A stretch of DNA of 64,000 bases, taken from positions 40,316 through 104,315 of the forward strand of contig LBSX01000008.1 of assembly GCA_000990355.1 (NCBI GenBank). The letters are read 5' to 3'. This document shows positions 1 through 10,727 of this stretch, in pieces. The stretch's first letter is position 1. Each line of letters begins with the position of its first letter. The notes beneath the pieces are model-generated. The model had not been told where the DNA came from, did no database searches, and worked only from the letters and a program-made list of their open reading frames with translations. The translations under genes were made by a program, and so were the position numbers. This DNA is from Candidatus Magasanikbacteria bacterium GW2011_GWC2_37_14 (GTDB taxonomy: Bacteria; Patescibacteriota; Patescibacteriia; Magasanikbacterales; UBA922).

Positions 1-1107
1 TATTTTGCTAGTTCTGTTTATAGTAAATATTTAAATCTTACTACTTCACAATTATTTTGGAGTGGTTTTATTGGTTTAATTTTAACTGGCTTAATGGTGT
101 GGATTACTGAATATTACACTTCTACCAAATACAACCCAGTAAAAAGTATTGCCAAAGCTAGTGAAACAGGACATGGTACCAATGTAATTGCTGGTTTGGC
201 AGTTTCCATGAAAGCTACAGCTTTGCCAGTTTTGTTTATTGCTGCTGCCATGCTTGGTGCTTATAGTATTGCTGGTCTTTATGGAGTAGCCATTGCGGCC
301 ATGGCCATGTTGTCCATGACTGGAATTGTCGTAACCATTGATGCTTACGGGCCCATTACCGACAATGCTGGTGGAATTGCCGAGATGGCAGAAATGGGCG
401 ATGAAGTGCGAGCTATTACCGATCCCTTGGACGCAGTTGGCAACACTACCAAAGCTGTTACCAAAGGGTATGCGATTGCCAGTGCTGCTTTGGCTGCTTT
501 AGTTTTATTTGCCGATTACACTCACAAATTATCGGCCAATGGCATTTCCACAATCTTTAGAATTGATGATCCAAAAGTTTTGGTTGGTTTATTTATTGGT
601 GGGTTATTACCTTATTTATTTGGTTCTTATTTAATGGAATCTGTGGGCAAAGTTGCTGGTAAAGTTGTGGAAGAAGTTCGCCATCAATTTAAAGAAATTC
701 CTGGTATTATGGAAGGTAATGCCAAACCAGATTATGCTAAATGTGTAGATATTGTAACCAAAGGTGCCATTGGTCAAATGGTTTTACCAGCTTTAATTCC
801 AATTGTTGCACCAATTTTGGTTGGACTACTTCTTGGTTCGGCTGCTCTTGGAGGATTACTTGTTGGCACTATTATCACTGGTTTGTTCGTGGCTATTTCC
901 ATGACTGCTGGTGGTGGCGCTTGGGACAATGCTAAAAAATATATTGAAAATGGTAATTATGGTGGTAAAGGATCTTTTGCCCATCAAGCCGCAGTGACTG
1001 GTGACACTGTTGGTGATCCTTACAAAGATACTGCTGGCCCAGCCATTAATCCAATGATTAAAGTGGCAAACATTGTAGCGTTGTTGATTGTTGGGTTGCT
1101 AAAGTAA
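1..1107 (+). CDS. hppA: Membrane-bound H+/Na+-translocating pyrophosphatase, C-terminal part; the 5' end lies outside the window
   Basis: Frame 1 is open from base 1. The translation has the V-PPase signature [22 protein letters not shown] and multiple TM helices. Confidence 0.9.
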   Translation, partial: YFASSVYSKYLNLTTSQLFWSGFIGLILTGLMVWITEYYTSTKYNPVKSIAKASETGHGTNVIAGLAVSMKATALPVLFIAAAMLGAYSIAGLYGVAIAAMAMLSMTGIVVTIDAYGPITDNAGGIAEMAEMGDEVRAITDPLDAVGNTTKAVTKGYAIASAALAALVLFADYTHKLSANGISTIFRIDDPKVLVGLFIGGLLPYLFGSYLMESVGKVAGKVVEEVRHQFKEIPGIMEGNAKPDYAKCVDIVTKGAIGQMVLPALIPIVAPILVGLLLGSAALGGLLVGTIITGLFVAISMTAGGGAWDNAKKYIENGNYGGKGSFAHQAAVTGDTVGDPYKDTAGPAINPMIKVANIVALLIVGLLK

Positions 1108-1138
1108 GCCCCCAGATTTTGCAACACAGATAACACAA

Positions 1139-1170
1139 ATAAAAACCCCGGGTTTATCCCGGGGTTTTAT
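1139..1170. terminator. Rho-independent terminator hairpin (aaaaaccccgggtttatcccggggtttt)
   Basis: Perfect GC stem followed by a T-run directly after the hppA stop. Confidence 0.7.
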
Positions 1171-1295
1171 TATAAAACAAAAACTACTCGCCAAACTCCT
1201 TCCACTACTTTATATATTTACAAAGCAATGGGCGGATGCGAGTAGCATTTGAAAGCATCGCCCGGCGGTGAACGCGCCATTGGTTTTACCTCCCT

Positions 1296-1508
1296 TCAGG
1301 CGGTGATGCCAAGGAACTTCTTCAGCTCGGCCAAATGTTCAACAGTTTCACTTGCCGGAACTTGATGCTTCTGACACAAGGCCTCTACGAAGGCAATCGC
1401 CCTGTCCTTGTGCATGGTCCGCATTTCCGGATGGATCTGCGGATCGTCCCTCTTAAACCAAACGGTCAGTTCTCCATTTCCCCCGACCCAGAAATACATA
1501 AACTTCAT
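1296..1508 (-). CDS. Hypothetical 70-aa protein on a GC-rich (about 50%) islet
   Basis: ORF preceded by a GAGGGGG RBS on the minus strand. Local GC is far above the flanks. The plus-strand ORF 1335..1538 is treated as its shadow. Confidence 0.45.
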   Translation of the reverse strand: MKFMYFWVGGNGELTVWFKRDDPQIHPEMRTMHKDRAIAFVEALCQKHQVPASETVEHLAELKKFLGITA

Positions 1509-1674
1509 GGCCCCCTCGCCACGATGTGGTTCTACTAAGACTTTAACACTCTACAATAATAAGTCAAATTTTTAGATAACTTTCAAGAATATTTTTTTTA
1601 TGCTAAAATACTAATCATAAAAGCTTAAAAACACTAGAACATTAAAACACATACCAGTTAACACTACTGTTTTA

Positions 1675-4098
1675 ATGTTTTTATGCTTTAATGTTTTAAT
1701 GAATATGGGCAGACGTCGTTTAGAACCAGTTTACAATCCGCCAATTACCCGCGGAATTATTGCTATTCTTTTAGTTGTTTTGGCAATAATTATTACTTTA
1801 AGTTTTTTTAACAAAGCCGGAGTAGTAGGAGAAATTTTAAATAATTATGTTTTGAGTTTTTTGTTTGGCTCCATGCGCTTTATCACCCCAGTCATGATTA
1901 TTATTTTAGCTTGGTTTTTAATTAAAGACACAGAATACGATTACCGCTCTACACATGGCATTGGTTCTTTATTATTTTTCTTGGCTAGCTCTAGTTTAAT
2001 GCATCTTGGTTTTGCCACTAGTGAAATGTGGAACAAAGTGTTAATGATGGGACAAGGTGGGGGAATTTTTGGCATGCTTGCCTGGCCACTAAAAACTTAC
2101 TTGGGTAATGTCGCCAGTATAGTTTTGCTTATTGGTATTATCTTAATTTCTGTTTTTTTAATTTTCAACACAGCTTTTATTCATTTTGTACAATTAAACA
2201 AAAAACTTTTTTCTGGCTTGGGATTTTTGGGCAAAAGTTTACTTGGTCTTACTGGACTTTTTGTAAAAGAAAATCAACCAACTCTAAATTTAAAAAATAA
2301 TTATAATAAAGAAGAGGAAGAGGAGGAAGAAGAATACGAAGATGAAGAAAACGATGAAGAAGTTAATTTGGATCAAGAAGAAGATATAGGCAGTAGAAAA
2401 TTTCAAACCAAAAAAGTAAAAACCGAAACCGACGATGAAGAAGAAGACGATAGTGAAGATGACGACGACCCTTCGGCTAACGCTCAGGGCAAGTCAAAAA
2501 TTCCTTCGGCTTGGGACAAAAAAATAATTGTTAAAGATTTACCAGAATTAAATTTACTAACTACCAAAAAATCCAAACCTACTAGTGGCGACATCGAAGC
2601 CAATGCTGCAACTATAAAAAATACTTTGCATGAATTTGGTATTGATGTAGATATGGGCGAAGTTCGCGTTGGGCCAACGGTTACTCAATATTCTTTTAAA
2701 CCAGCCAAGGGTGTAAAACTTACTCGCATTACCACTTTAAGCAACGACTTATCTTTGGCTTTGGCTGCCCACCCAATTAGAATAGAAGCACCAATCCCAG
2801 GACAATCTTTGGTAGGTATAGAAGTACCAAATACCAAAGTAGCCATGGTAACTATAAAAGAATTAATTGAAAGTGAAGAATTTAAACACCGCCCTCACAA
2901 CATGATGATTGCTTTGGGTAAAGATGTGGCTGGTAAAGTTTGGTTTGCTGACTTACCAAAAATGCCTCACTTATTAGTTGCCGGTGCCACTGGATCTGGC
3001 AAAACTGTTTGTATCAACACTATTATCATGAGTTTGCTGTACCAAAATACTGCCGAAACTTTGCGGATGATTATGGTTGACCCCAAACGTGTAGAATTAA
3101 CTTTATACAACGGTATCCCACATTTATTAACACCGGTAATTACCAATGTCCAAAAAACTGTAAATGCTCTAAAATGGACCATTGGCGAAATGGATCGCCG
3201 TTTTGATGTTTTGGCTGCTCATGGTTGTCGTGATATCGGCTCTTACAATACTCGCTATCCAAAGGAAAAAATGCCCAACATTGTTTTTATTATTGATGAA
3301 TTGGCTGACTTAATGGCCGCAGCGGCAAGCGAAGTAGAAGCAGGAATTATTCGCTTAGCCCAAATGTCTCGCGCCATTGGTATCCATTTGGTGGTGGCTA
3401 CCCAAAGACCTAGTGTGGATATTATTACTGGCTTAATGAAAGCCAACATTCCTGCACGTATTGCTTTTTCTGTCGCTTCAATCATGGATTCACGGACAAT
3501 TTTGGACTGCCCAGGTGCCGACAAACTATTGGGTCGTGGTGATATGTTATATTTAACTGCCGAACTTTCCAAACCAAAACGTATCCAAGGTGCTTTTATT
3601 TCCGAAGAAGAAGTTGGCAATGTTGTGGAATATTTAAAAGAAGACGGTGAAGCTGAGTATGATTCCTCTATTATCGAAAAACCCACCAGTGGTACGGTAA
3701 ATATGTTTGGTGGAGCGAGTGATGATCAAGATCCACTGTTCAATGAAGCCCGTGAAGAAATAATTAAAGCTGGCAAAGCTAGTGCTTCATTTTTACAACG
3801 ACGCTTTAAAGTTGGTTATGCTCGAGCGGCCAGAATACTAGATGAATTAGAAGCTGCTGGAGTAATTGGCCCTGGCGAAGGAGCCAAAGCTCGTGAAATT
3901 TTGGCCACAGCAGTTCCCGAAACCATGAATGCTGGTGGAGAATTAAATGTTTTTGATAGTGTAGAAAAAGAAATTGAAGAGGAAGAGGAAATTGATGATG
4001 AAGAATCGTCCTCCGCCAAGGCTTCGGACGACACGGATGTTGAGGAGGAAAGCGAGGAAGAGAAAACAGAAGAGGAAAATACTGTTGAAAAATATTAA
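1675..4098 (+). CDS. ftsK: DNA translocase FtsK/SpoIIIE
   Basis: N-terminal TM segments, Walker A GATGSGKT, Walker B IIDELADLM, ATQRPSVD, and a C-terminal gamma winged-helix (RRFKVGYARAARILDELE). Two poly-acidic low-complexity linkers. Start could be the ATG at 1699 or 1705. Confidence 0.92.
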   Translation: MFLCFNVLMNMGRRRLEPVYNPPITRGIIAILLVVLAIIITLSFFNKAGVVGEILNNYVLSFLFGSMRFITPVMIIILAWFLIKDTEYDYRSTHGIGSLLFFLASSSLMHLGFATSEMWNKVLMMGQGGGIFGMLAWPLKTYLGNVASIVLLIGIILISVFLIFNTAFIHFVQLNKKLFSGLGFLGKSLLGLTGLFVKENQPTLNLKNNYNKEEEEEEEEYEDEENDEEVNLDQEEDIGSRKFQTKKVKTETDDEEEDDSEDDDDPSANAQGKSKIPSAWDKKIIVKDLPELNLLTTKKSKPTSGDIEANAATIKNTLHEFGIDVDMGEVRVGPTVTQYSFKPAKGVKLTRITTLSNDLSLALAAHPIRIEAPIPGQSLVGIEVPNTKVAMVTIKELIESEEFKHRPHNMMIALGKDVAGKVWFADLPKMPHLLVAGATGSGKTVCINTIIMSLLYQNTAETLRMIMVDPKRVELTLYNGIPHLLTPVITNVQKTVNALKWTIGEMDRRFDVLAAHGCRDIGSYNTRYPKEKMPNIVFIIDELADLMAAAASEVEAGIIRLAQMSRAIGIHLVVATQRPSVDIITGLMKANIPARIAFSVASIMDSRTILDCPGADKLLGRGDMLYLTAELSKPKRIQGAFISEEEVGNVVEYLKEDGEAEYDSSIIEKPTSGTVNMFGGASDDQDPLFNEAREEIIKAGKASASFLQRRFKVGYARAARILDELEAAGVIGPGEGAKAREILATAVPETMNAGGELNVFDSVEKEIEEEEEIDDEESSSAKASDDTDVEEESEEEKTEEENTVEKY

Positions 4099-4103
4099 AG
4101 AAT

Positions 4104-4190
4104 TTCCCTCCCCTTTATAAGGGGAGGGCAGGGAGGGGTATTAAACACCTACCCCCTCTTAATCTCCCCCTTATAAATGGGGAGAAAACC
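4104..4190. repeat. GC-rich palindromic repeat cluster (family A: C4-5 TTwwAA G4-5 hairpins)
   Basis: ccctcccctttataaggggagggcagggaggggta ... ctcccccttataaatggggag. The same unit recurs at 8950, 12205, 13150, 16480, 51900, 56316, 62150 and 62518. Confidence 0.8.
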
Positions 4191-4195
4191 ACCTT

Positions 4196-4888
4196 ATGAA
4201 TGCTTTTTTTTGCAAAAAACTAAATACTCCACCAAAGAGAGTTTGTTTGCGTCTAAAAGAATTGCGCGAAGAAAAAAAAATAACTTTAATAGAATTAGCT
4301 AATAAAACAAAAATCGATAAAAAATATTTAGAAGCTTTGGAAAAATGCCAGTTTGAAAAATTACCCAAAGCCTTGGTCTACCAAAAAAATATTGTCCGTC
4401 GTTATGTAGAAACTTTGGGATTAAAGCCCGATTCTTTTTTGGAACAATACTTAATTGAAGAAACCCACAAACAAAAAATCAAACATCCTCACACCGCTTT
4501 AAAAAATAATTATTGGAATCATTTACCAACATTTTTACGTTATGGCTTTTTAGCAATAATAATTTTAGCTATTGTATTTTATTTAGGCTGGCAAGTTAAA
4601 AATATTATTAAACCACCAAAATTAATTATTTATTCTCCAATCGAGGGCTATATTACCGAAAATGACCAACTACTCTTGGTTGGTGAAACCGAAAGAGAAG
4701 CCAAAGTAACGGTAAATGGCAAAGACATAAAAAATAATGAAAATGGACAATTTAAAGAAACAATTAATTTATCGGCTGGAATAAATACCATTACCATTAC
4801 CACCCAAAAAAAACACGGCAAAACTACCACCCAAGTTCGTCATATTGTTTACCGACCAATAGTTATTAACACCCAAAATAACAATTGA
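4196..4888 (+). CDS. HTH (XRE-like) plus single TM plus extracytoplasmic domain; RodZ-like cytoskeleton/morphogenesis protein
   Basis: N-terminal HTH (RLKELREEKKITLIELANKTKI), central TM (FLAIIILAIVFYLGW) and a C-terminal beta-rich domain, which is the RodZ architecture. Confidence 0.55.
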   Translation: MNAFFCKKLNTPPKRVCLRLKELREEKKITLIELANKTKIDKKYLEALEKCQFEKLPKALVYQKNIVRRYVETLGLKPDSFLEQYLIEETHKQKIKHPHTALKNNYWNHLPTFLRYGFLAIIILAIVFYLGWQVKNIIKPPKLIIYSPIEGYITENDQLLLVGETEREAKVTVNGKDIKNNENGQFKETINLSAGINTITITTQKKHGKTTTQVRHIVYRPIVINTQNNN

Positions 4889-4990
4889 CATAAAACCAAA
4901 AAACTATTATTCTACTACTTGAGGGCTTAACCTCTTTTTTTTACACTGTCATCCTCGCGAACGCGAGGATCCAGAATTTAAACAATCAAT

Positions 4991-6049
4991 ATGACAAAAA
5001 AAGAAATAATAAACGACAAATTAAAAGCCGCCCAACCAGCCATTGACCAAATTCGCGAACGCTACGGAGAAGGCGCAATTATGAAATTTGGCGAATCCCG
5101 TAGTATGGACGTAGATACTGTGCCTACTGGTTCAATTTCCTTAGACATTGCTTTGGGAGTAAAAGGTGTACCCCGAGGTCGTATTATAGAAATTTTTGGG
5201 CCCGAAGCCTCGGGAAAAACTACTTTGGCCCAACATATTGTAGCCGAAGTACAAAAAATGGGTGGGGTGGCTGCTTTTGTGGATGCCGAACACGCCCTAG
5301 ACCCTGATTATGCTCGTAAAATTGGGGTAGATGTGGATAATTTATTAATTTCTCAACCAGATACAGGTGAACAAGCTTTGGAAATTGTGGAAACTTTGGT
5401 TCGTTCCGATGCAGTAGATGTAATTGTAATTGACTCGGTAGCGGCCTTGGTACCCAAGGCCGAAATCGAAGGCGAAATGGGGGATTCACACATGGGTTTA
5501 CAAGCCAGACTTATGAGCCAGGCACTACGTAAACTCACTGGTATTATCAGTAAAACCAACACCGTAGTAATTTTTATTAACCAAATTCGTCACAAAATTG
5601 GTGTTTTCTTTGGAAATCCAGAGACCACCACTGGCGGTAATGCTTTAAAATTTTATTGTTCAGTTCGCATCGAAGTTCGCCGCGCGGCACAAATCAAACA
5701 AGGTGAAAAAATTATTGGTAATCGTGTAAAAGCCAAGGTGGTAAAAAACAAAGTGGCTGCACCTTTCCGTACTACGGAATTTGATATTATGTACAACGAG
5801 GGCATATCTGTTTCTGGAGATTTGTTGGACACTGGTGTTTTACATAAAGTAGTCAACAAATCAGGCAATAGTTATTCCTTTGGCGAAGAAAAGATTGGTG
5901 TGGGTCGCGAAAAAGCCAAACAATATTTAAGAGAAAATCCAGCACTCATGAAAAAAATCCGCACAGCAATTTGGGAAGCAGTAGAACGTGGTGAAGCCCC
6001 CGAAGAAAGCGAAGGCGACAATGGCCCTAAAGAATTATTTGAAGAGTAA
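4991..6049 (+). CDS. recA: Recombinase RecA
   Basis: [13 protein letters not shown] Walker A, and L2 loop and other motifs collinear with RecA over 352 aa. Confidence 0.97.
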   Translation: MTKKEIINDKLKAAQPAIDQIRERYGEGAIMKFGESRSMDVDTVPTGSISLDIALGVKGVPRGRIIEIFGPEASGKTTLAQHIVAEVQKMGGVAAFVDAEHALDPDYARKIGVDVDNLLISQPDTGEQALEIVETLVRSDAVDVIVIDSVAALVPKAEIEGEMGDSHMGLQARLMSQALRKLTGIISKTNTVVIFINQIRHKIGVFFGNPETTTGGNALKFYCSVRIEVRRAAQIKQGEKIIGNRVKAKVVKNKVAAPFRTTEFDIMYNEGISVSGDLLDTGVLHKVVNKSGNSYSFGEEKIGVGREKAKQYLRENPALMKKIRTAIWEAVERGEAPEESEGDNGPKELFEE

Positions 6050-6090
6050 AAAACAACCCTGTACCGTTCTGGTACAGGGTTGTTTTTTAA
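6050..6090. terminator. Terminator hairpin (aaccctgtaccgttctggtacagggttgtttttt)
   Basis: Palindrome plus T-run after recA. The same GTAC-core hairpin recurs at 29048 and 29207. Confidence 0.7.
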
Positions 6091-6128
6091 TATAGTTGGG
6101 GGTAAAATAAATATGCTTTTAATTTTTT

Positions 6129-6617
6129 ATGAAACTTAGACCCTCCACAGAAAAACATAAAGAGCTATTTAAAGAGTGGCAAAAAGAAGGGCAGATGGAA
6201 GAAATAACTTGCCGAGAAATTAAAAATGAAAAACCTTTTGTAGACCCTAAAGTTTTAGCTTTTTCATTTTTTGTAGAAAACATAAAAGAACCAATTGGAA
6301 AATTTAATTGTTTTAGTATAAACAAACGCAACAAATCATGCGAATGCGGGTATGCCGTTAACCCAAAATATAGAGGACAAGGATACGGTGAAATTATGAT
6401 AAGGTATTGCGTTAATTATTTATTCAATAACTTTAATTTTAATAAATTATATTGTCAAACAGGTTCTTTTAATAAATCCTCAGTGAAAATTTTAAAAAAA
6501 TCTGGTTTTCACCGTGATGGAGTATTGCGCGAACATCATGAACTAGACGGAAAACTTTGGGACGATTATATTTATAGTATTTTACGTGCTGAGTGGAAAA
6601 AGTGGAATAAATTTTAA
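6129..6617 (+). CDS. GNAT family N-acetyltransferase (RimJ/RimL-like)
   Basis: Acetyl-CoA binding motif R/Q-G-x-G-Y-G (RGQGYGEIMIRY) and a C-terminal KSSVKILKKSGF...GVLREH. Confidence 0.75.
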   Translation: MKLRPSTEKHKELFKEWQKEGQMEEITCREIKNEKPFVDPKVLAFSFFVENIKEPIGKFNCFSINKRNKSCECGYAVNPKYRGQGYGEIMIRYCVNYLFNNFNFNKLYCQTGSFNKSSVKILKKSGFHRDGVLREHHELDGKLWDDYIYSILRAEWKKWNKF

Positions 6618-6621
6618 TTTT

Positions 6622-7083
6622 ATGAACTACAAACACACCCAAATTGGTTATTTAATATTGGTTGTTACACTAGCAGTGCTAGCGCTCTTCGCCTGGGCTT
6701 ATATTACTGCCGCTGCCGAGCCCACCTCAGTAGATTCTGGCACAAATCTTCTCGTTACTACCACAATGGCATTAACTCTGTTTATTCTTGCTTCCTTTGG
6801 ATCACTTCAAGTAATTATTGACGAAGAATATTTACAAATCAAATTTGGCTATGGAATTTATAAAAAAAAGTTTTTGCTTAATGATATAGTATCCGCTAAA
6901 ACCGTAAAAAATCATTGGTATTATGGCTGGGGAATAAGAGGTTGGTTATGGCCCAAGATGTGTATTTACAATGTTTCTGGTTTTGACGCAGTTGAAATAA
7001 AACTGAAAAATGGTAAAACGTATAGAATAGGCACAGATGAAGCTACAAAATTAGAACAAGCAATTCTACATTCAATTAAATAA
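6622..7083 (+). CDS. Membrane protein with bacterial PH-like (bPH_2/DUF304-type) architecture
   Basis: Two N-terminal TM helices then a roughly 90-aa soluble domain. Start moved to the ATG at 6622 to avoid overlap with the GNAT gene. Confidence 0.45.
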   Translation: MNYKHTQIGYLILVVTLAVLALFAWAYITAAAEPTSVDSGTNLLVTTTMALTLFILASFGSLQVIIDEEYLQIKFGYGIYKKKFLLNDIVSAKTVKNHWYYGWGIRGWLWPKMCIYNVSGFDAVEIKLKNGKTYRIGTDEATKLEQAILHSIK

Positions 7084-7109
7084 TAAATCTAATTTCAATC
7101 ACAAATTCT

Positions 7110-7694
7110 ATGGACAAAAAATATCTAATTGTAGGAACAATCACAGCTTTGATTCTTGTAGGGGCTGCCTGCAACAAAACAACAAATAACATACCCGCAC
7201 CACAAACAACCAAACAAGAAACAACACAAAAAACTATCACAACTGAAAAACAAATAAACACCCCTGACAGTCAATTTGAAATAAGTGCAAATATCAAAAT
7301 CAATGACGATGTAAAAAATAAGGCTACAGTTTCGATTCCTGTTGCCAAACCAACACTTGTCAATAAAGGAGAAAATTCTGAAAATTGTTTGGATCAAAAA
7401 TGTTTTGAAAAAAAATTTACTAATTGTCAAAAAGCCACATTCTTGGCGAAAGTAGAAGGTTTTGAAGCCGAATATCTTTATACGATTACTGGCCCTAAAG
7501 ATGGAAAATGCGAAATGAAAACTAAATATACCAAAAATCCTGATCCCGAATGGACAAATAAAGAAATGATTTGTCTGTATGATAACCAAAAACCATTTTT
7601 AACAGCAACAGACGAATTAATGAATCAATTAATAATGCAAAAAAATAATTCTATTTGTTCGGGTGACTTAGCAAAAATCTTAACATCACTTTAA
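7110..7694 (+). CDS. Cys-rich lipoprotein, hypothetical
   Basis: Signal peptide with lipobox LVGAAC, and 8 Cys in the mature part. Confidence 0.6.
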   Translation: MDKKYLIVGTITALILVGAACNKTTNNIPAPQTTKQETTQKTITTEKQINTPDSQFEISANIKINDDVKNKATVSIPVAKPTLVNKGENSENCLDQKCFEKKFTNCQKATFLAKVEGFEAEYLYTITGPKDGKCEMKTKYTKNPDPEWTNKEMICLYDNQKPFLTATDELMNQLIMQKNNSICSGDLAKILTSL

Positions 7695-7789
7695 AAAAGT
7701 GTGTTAAACATCTTAAAACACAGACAGTCTACAGTAAGCTTTTACTTATAAATAATAATTTAAAAAAATACTCTGACAACAGAGTATTT

Positions 7790-8065
7790 TTATTTTACTT
7801 CATCCACCCCACCTTTACTCCATGGATTACAACGAAGAATGCGCCAAATAGTTTTGGGAATGCCAATAAGCAGGCCTCTTTTTTTTATTATTTGATAACC
7901 ATACTCACTGCAAGTTGGGTAAAATTTACAATACCCATGTGGGTGCAAAAATTTAAACCAACCATGGTCAGGGGAAAGGGTGTGTTGATAAATTCTTATC
8001 AAGAATAAGAAAGGAAAGCGGAGTAAGTAGATTACTTTTTTTATATAGTTTTTCACAATTTTCAA
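7790..8065 (-). CDS. yidD: Membrane protein insertion efficiency factor YidD
   Basis: CKFYPTCSEYGYQ motif (the C-x-F-x-P-x-C-S-x-Y hallmark). Confidence 0.85.
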   Translation of the reverse strand: MKIVKNYIKKVIYLLRFPFLFLIRIYQHTLSPDHGWFKFLHPHGYCKFYPTCSEYGYQIIKKRGLLIGIPKTIWRILRCNPWSKGGVDEVK

Positions 8066-8183
8066 TTTACATTTTTCAATTTACAATGAATTCCCAATTA
8101 AATAATTTTCAATATTACAATTGTATCTTGAAAATTGATAATTTATTGTAAATTGATTATTGGTAATTGTAAATTAAAACTAA

Positions 8184-8558
8184 TTATAAAACTCCAGACT
8201 TTCTTAGAACTTCCACCACACTCTTCTCAATCTCTCCATATTCTTTGCCGATCATTTCTTTTTTGGCAATTAGGAGAAGCATAAAACCAGTTTTTAATTT
8301 ATTATCTTTTAAAAGCAAACGTACAACTTCGCGCATTTGACGTTTAAGACGATTACGCACCACTGCGCGTTTATCTATTTTTAAACCAACCACAAAACCA
8401 ATTTTCAAATCATTGGTAGTATAAGCTCGACGAGGATATTTTTCTGGCACAATTTTCCAAACCTTGGCTTGCAATAATGATCCATTAACAAAATAGCCCT
8501 CTTTAAAGAGAATTTCAAAATCTTTCATGCGGGTAAGACGATTTTGTTGTTGAAGCAT
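8184..8558 (-). CDS. rnpA: Ribonuclease P protein component
   Basis: RLTRMKDFEILF ... VVRNRLKRQMRE motifs, size, and position between yidD and rpmH. Confidence 0.8.
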   Translation of the reverse strand: MLQQQNRLTRMKDFEILFKEGYFVNGSLLQAKVWKIVPEKYPRRAYTTNDLKIGFVVGLKIDKRAVVRNRLKRQMREVVRLLLKDNKLKTGFMLLLIAKKEMIGKEYGEIEKSVVEVLRKSGVL

Positions 8559-8707
8559 ACAAATATTGGCGTCACCCCCGCGAAAGCGGGGGTCTTACCA
8601 ACAGTTAAAGATTCCCACCTTCGCGGGAATGACGCTATAAGTAATAACAGTATACCAAACTATTCATTAATTAAAAACCCCGCCTTAGTGGCGGGGTTTT
8701 GGCTTAT

Positions 8708-8884
8708 TTATCGAGTTTTTCTGGTTCTTTTACCTTTTTTCTCATCACTGGTAGTTAATTTCTTTCTACCTTTGGCCCGGCGACGACTAAGCACTTTTTT
8801 GCCACCAACAGTGCTCATTTTTGCCAAAAAACCATGTGATTTAGATCGATGTTTTTTCTTTGGCTGATAGGTTCTTTTTGGCAT
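8708..8884 (-). CDS. rpmH: 50S ribosomal protein L34 (58 aa, C-terminally extended); absent from the ORF track because it is under 60 aa
   Basis: The reverse-strand translation is [58 protein letters not shown]. It sits immediately upstream of rnpA, as in the canonical origin cluster. Confidence 0.8.
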   Translation of the reverse strand: MPKRTYQPKKKHRSKSHGFLAKMSTVGGKKVLSRRRAKGRKKLTTSDEKKGKRTRKTR

Positions 8885-9020
8885 ATTTAAAACAAATTAT
8901 AAAATAATTACCCATACAGTATATCACATTATGAAGCTTTTGTCAAGAGTGACATTTTCCTCCCCCTACAAGGGGGAGGTGAGGAGGGGGTTTCGTTAGA
9001 AATCATACCAAATAACTACT

Positions 9021-9049
9021 TTATCCCCACTATCCACAATTTATCCCCA
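9021..9049. promoter_or_regulatory. Three phased DnaA-box-like 9-mers (TTATCCCCA / cTATCCACA / TTATCCCCA, 10-bp register) upstream of dnaA; candidate oriC or dnaA autoregulation element
   Basis: Direct reading of the sequence. The consensus is TTATCCACA. Confidence 0.6.
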
Positions 9050-9147
9050 TTCCATACACTTTTTAGCTAAATTAAGCCATTTTTTATTTACAATATATGT
9101 GCTAAAATTACCATAATTGCTTAAATTATTATCTTTTTCTCACTTTT

Positions 9148-10527
9148 ATGACTAATTACGAAATCTGGCAAGCTGTTTTGGCCGACTTTGAACTTAAAAT
9201 CTCCAAAGCTAACTTTACCACCTGGTTTAAAAGCACAGGAATTGCCTGTTATAATGCCGGACAAGTAACTATTTGTGTACCCAATACTTTTACCAAGAGT
9301 TGGTTAGAAAAAAAATATAATTCTGACATTATCAAAACCATTGAACGGGTAACCAATAAACCTATTAAAAAAATAGAATATCGGGTAGATAATTTAAAAG
9401 CCATTGAAGAAAAAGAATGCACTCTTACCGAAGAACCAGTTGTTTCCACTATCAATACCCCTGTTTATTCCAACCAGCCAAAAGTTTTGGGTGCTAAGTT
9501 TGGCCTTAATGCTAAATACACTTTTAATAGCTTTATTGTTGGCAAACACAATGAATTGGCTCATGCCGCTGCTCAAGCGGTTACCAACCGGCCTGGAGAA
9601 GCTTACAACCCTTTATTTATCTATGGTGGAGTGGGATTAGGCAAAACACACCTTTTACAAGCTGTGGGGCATGCCTTACTCGAAAAAAACCCTCTTACAA
9701 AAATTCTCTATGTTTCTTCAGAAAAATTTACCAATGAATTTGTTTCCGCTATTAAAGAGGGAAGAGGTAAAGAATTCAAAGATCGCTACCGCAATGTAGA
9801 TCTATTGTTAATCGACGATATCCAATTTATTGGTGGTAAAGAACAAACTCAAGAAGAATTTTTCCATACTTTCAACGAGCTACACCAACAAGGCAAACAA
9901 GTTATTCTAACTTCCGACCGCCCACCAAAGGCTATCCCAGCCTTAGAAGACCGCTTACGCTCACGTTTTGAATGGGGGATGATTGCCGACATCACCAACC
10001 CAGACTTTGAAACCCGAATAGCTATTTTACAAAGACGTTGTCAGGAAAACAATTTTCCTCTTTCCACTGATCTTGTTAGTCTAATTGCTACCACTGTCCA
10101 AAGCAATATTCGTGAGCTAGAGGGTGCTTTAAACAAAGTAATGGCTTATCACCAACTAAAAAACTGTGAACCAACCAGAGAGACAATAAAATCCTTGCTA
10201 GTTAGTTTTGAAGCCCAAAGCATGAAAAAAACCCTTACCCCAAAAGAGCTTATTGCCACTGTTTCCGAATTTTATGATGTACATATAGATGACATTGCCG
10301 GTAAAAGCCGAGAAAAACGACTAGCTACCCCCCGACAAATTATTATGTACTTACTTCGTGAAGAATTAAAAATGTCCTACCCAGCAATTGGCACCGAATT
10401 AGGTGGACGTGATCATACTACTGCCATGCACGCTCACACCAAAGTTGGCACTGATTTAGAAAACGAAGCAAAATTAAGACAAGAAATTAAAGCCATTAAA
10501 GAAAGATTATATATAAATAACATTTAA
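9148..10527 (+). CDS. dnaA: Chromosomal replication initiator DnaA
   Basis: AAA+ Walker A GGVGLGKTHLLQA, a sensor/Box VII region, and a C-terminal DNA-binding helix-turn-helix. Confidence 0.97.
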   Translation: MTNYEIWQAVLADFELKISKANFTTWFKSTGIACYNAGQVTICVPNTFTKSWLEKKYNSDIIKTIERVTNKPIKKIEYRVDNLKAIEEKECTLTEEPVVSTINTPVYSNQPKVLGAKFGLNAKYTFNSFIVGKHNELAHAAAQAVTNRPGEAYNPLFIYGGVGLGKTHLLQAVGHALLEKNPLTKILYVSSEKFTNEFVSAIKEGRGKEFKDRYRNVDLLLIDDIQFIGGKEQTQEEFFHTFNELHQQGKQVILTSDRPPKAIPALEDRLRSRFEWGMIADITNPDFETRIAILQRRCQENNFPLSTDLVSLIATTVQSNIRELEGALNKVMAYHQLKNCEPTRETIKSLLVSFEAQSMKKTLTPKELIATVSEFYDVHIDDIAGKSREKRLATPRQIIMYLLREELKMSYPAIGTELGGRDHTTAMHAHTKVGTDLENEAKLRQEIKAIKERLYINNI

Positions 10528-10718
10528 ACATTAATAAACTGTGGAAAAGTCTGTTAACAAACTATTAAGAAATAATTAAGCCTGTTATTAAACAACGAAA
10601 TTATTAAGAATTTATTAACAGACAAAAAAAATAAAATTAAATTTCACACAGTTTATTCCAAAAAACAAAACAGTTTAAACACAACACCAAAACCAAAATT
10701 CACCATCATATTTTACAA

Positions 10719-10727
10719 TTATCCACA
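10719..10727. promoter_or_regulatory. Perfect DnaA box TTATCCACA in the AT-rich dnaA-dnaN spacer
   Basis: Exact consensus match inside a 237-bp AT-rich intergenic region (10528-10764). Confidence 0.5.

Noticed and set aside
741-935. 64-aa Cys/Trp-rich ORF inside hppA
   Set aside because: It is out of frame within a highly conserved pyrophosphatase coding region.
1335-1538. Plus-strand 67-aa ORF overlapping the 70-aa minus-strand ORF in the 1.3-kb GC-rich islet
   Set aside because: Only the minus-strand frame has a Shine-Dalgarno (GAGGGGG) at correct spacing. The strand choice remains uncertain, so it is reported once.
2280-2480. Poly-GAA/GAG tract in ftsK, which could be mistaken for a tandem repeat or CRISPR-like array
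   Set aside because: It encodes the acidic low-complexity linker (EEEEEEEEYEDEENDEE) of FtsK and is in frame. There are no spacer-repeat periodicity and no cas genes anywhere in the window.
2967-4034. Three minus-strand ORFs (2967-3182, 3255-3686, 3816-4034) inside ftsK
   Set aside because: They are antisense to the well-supported FtsK motor domain, and the 3816-4034 product is a Ser homopolymer-like shadow.
8544-8867. 107-aa plus-strand ORF (MLLKHTNIGVTPAKAGV...)
   Set aside because: It is translated from family B repeats and is antisense to the real rpmH gene (8708-8884, minus).
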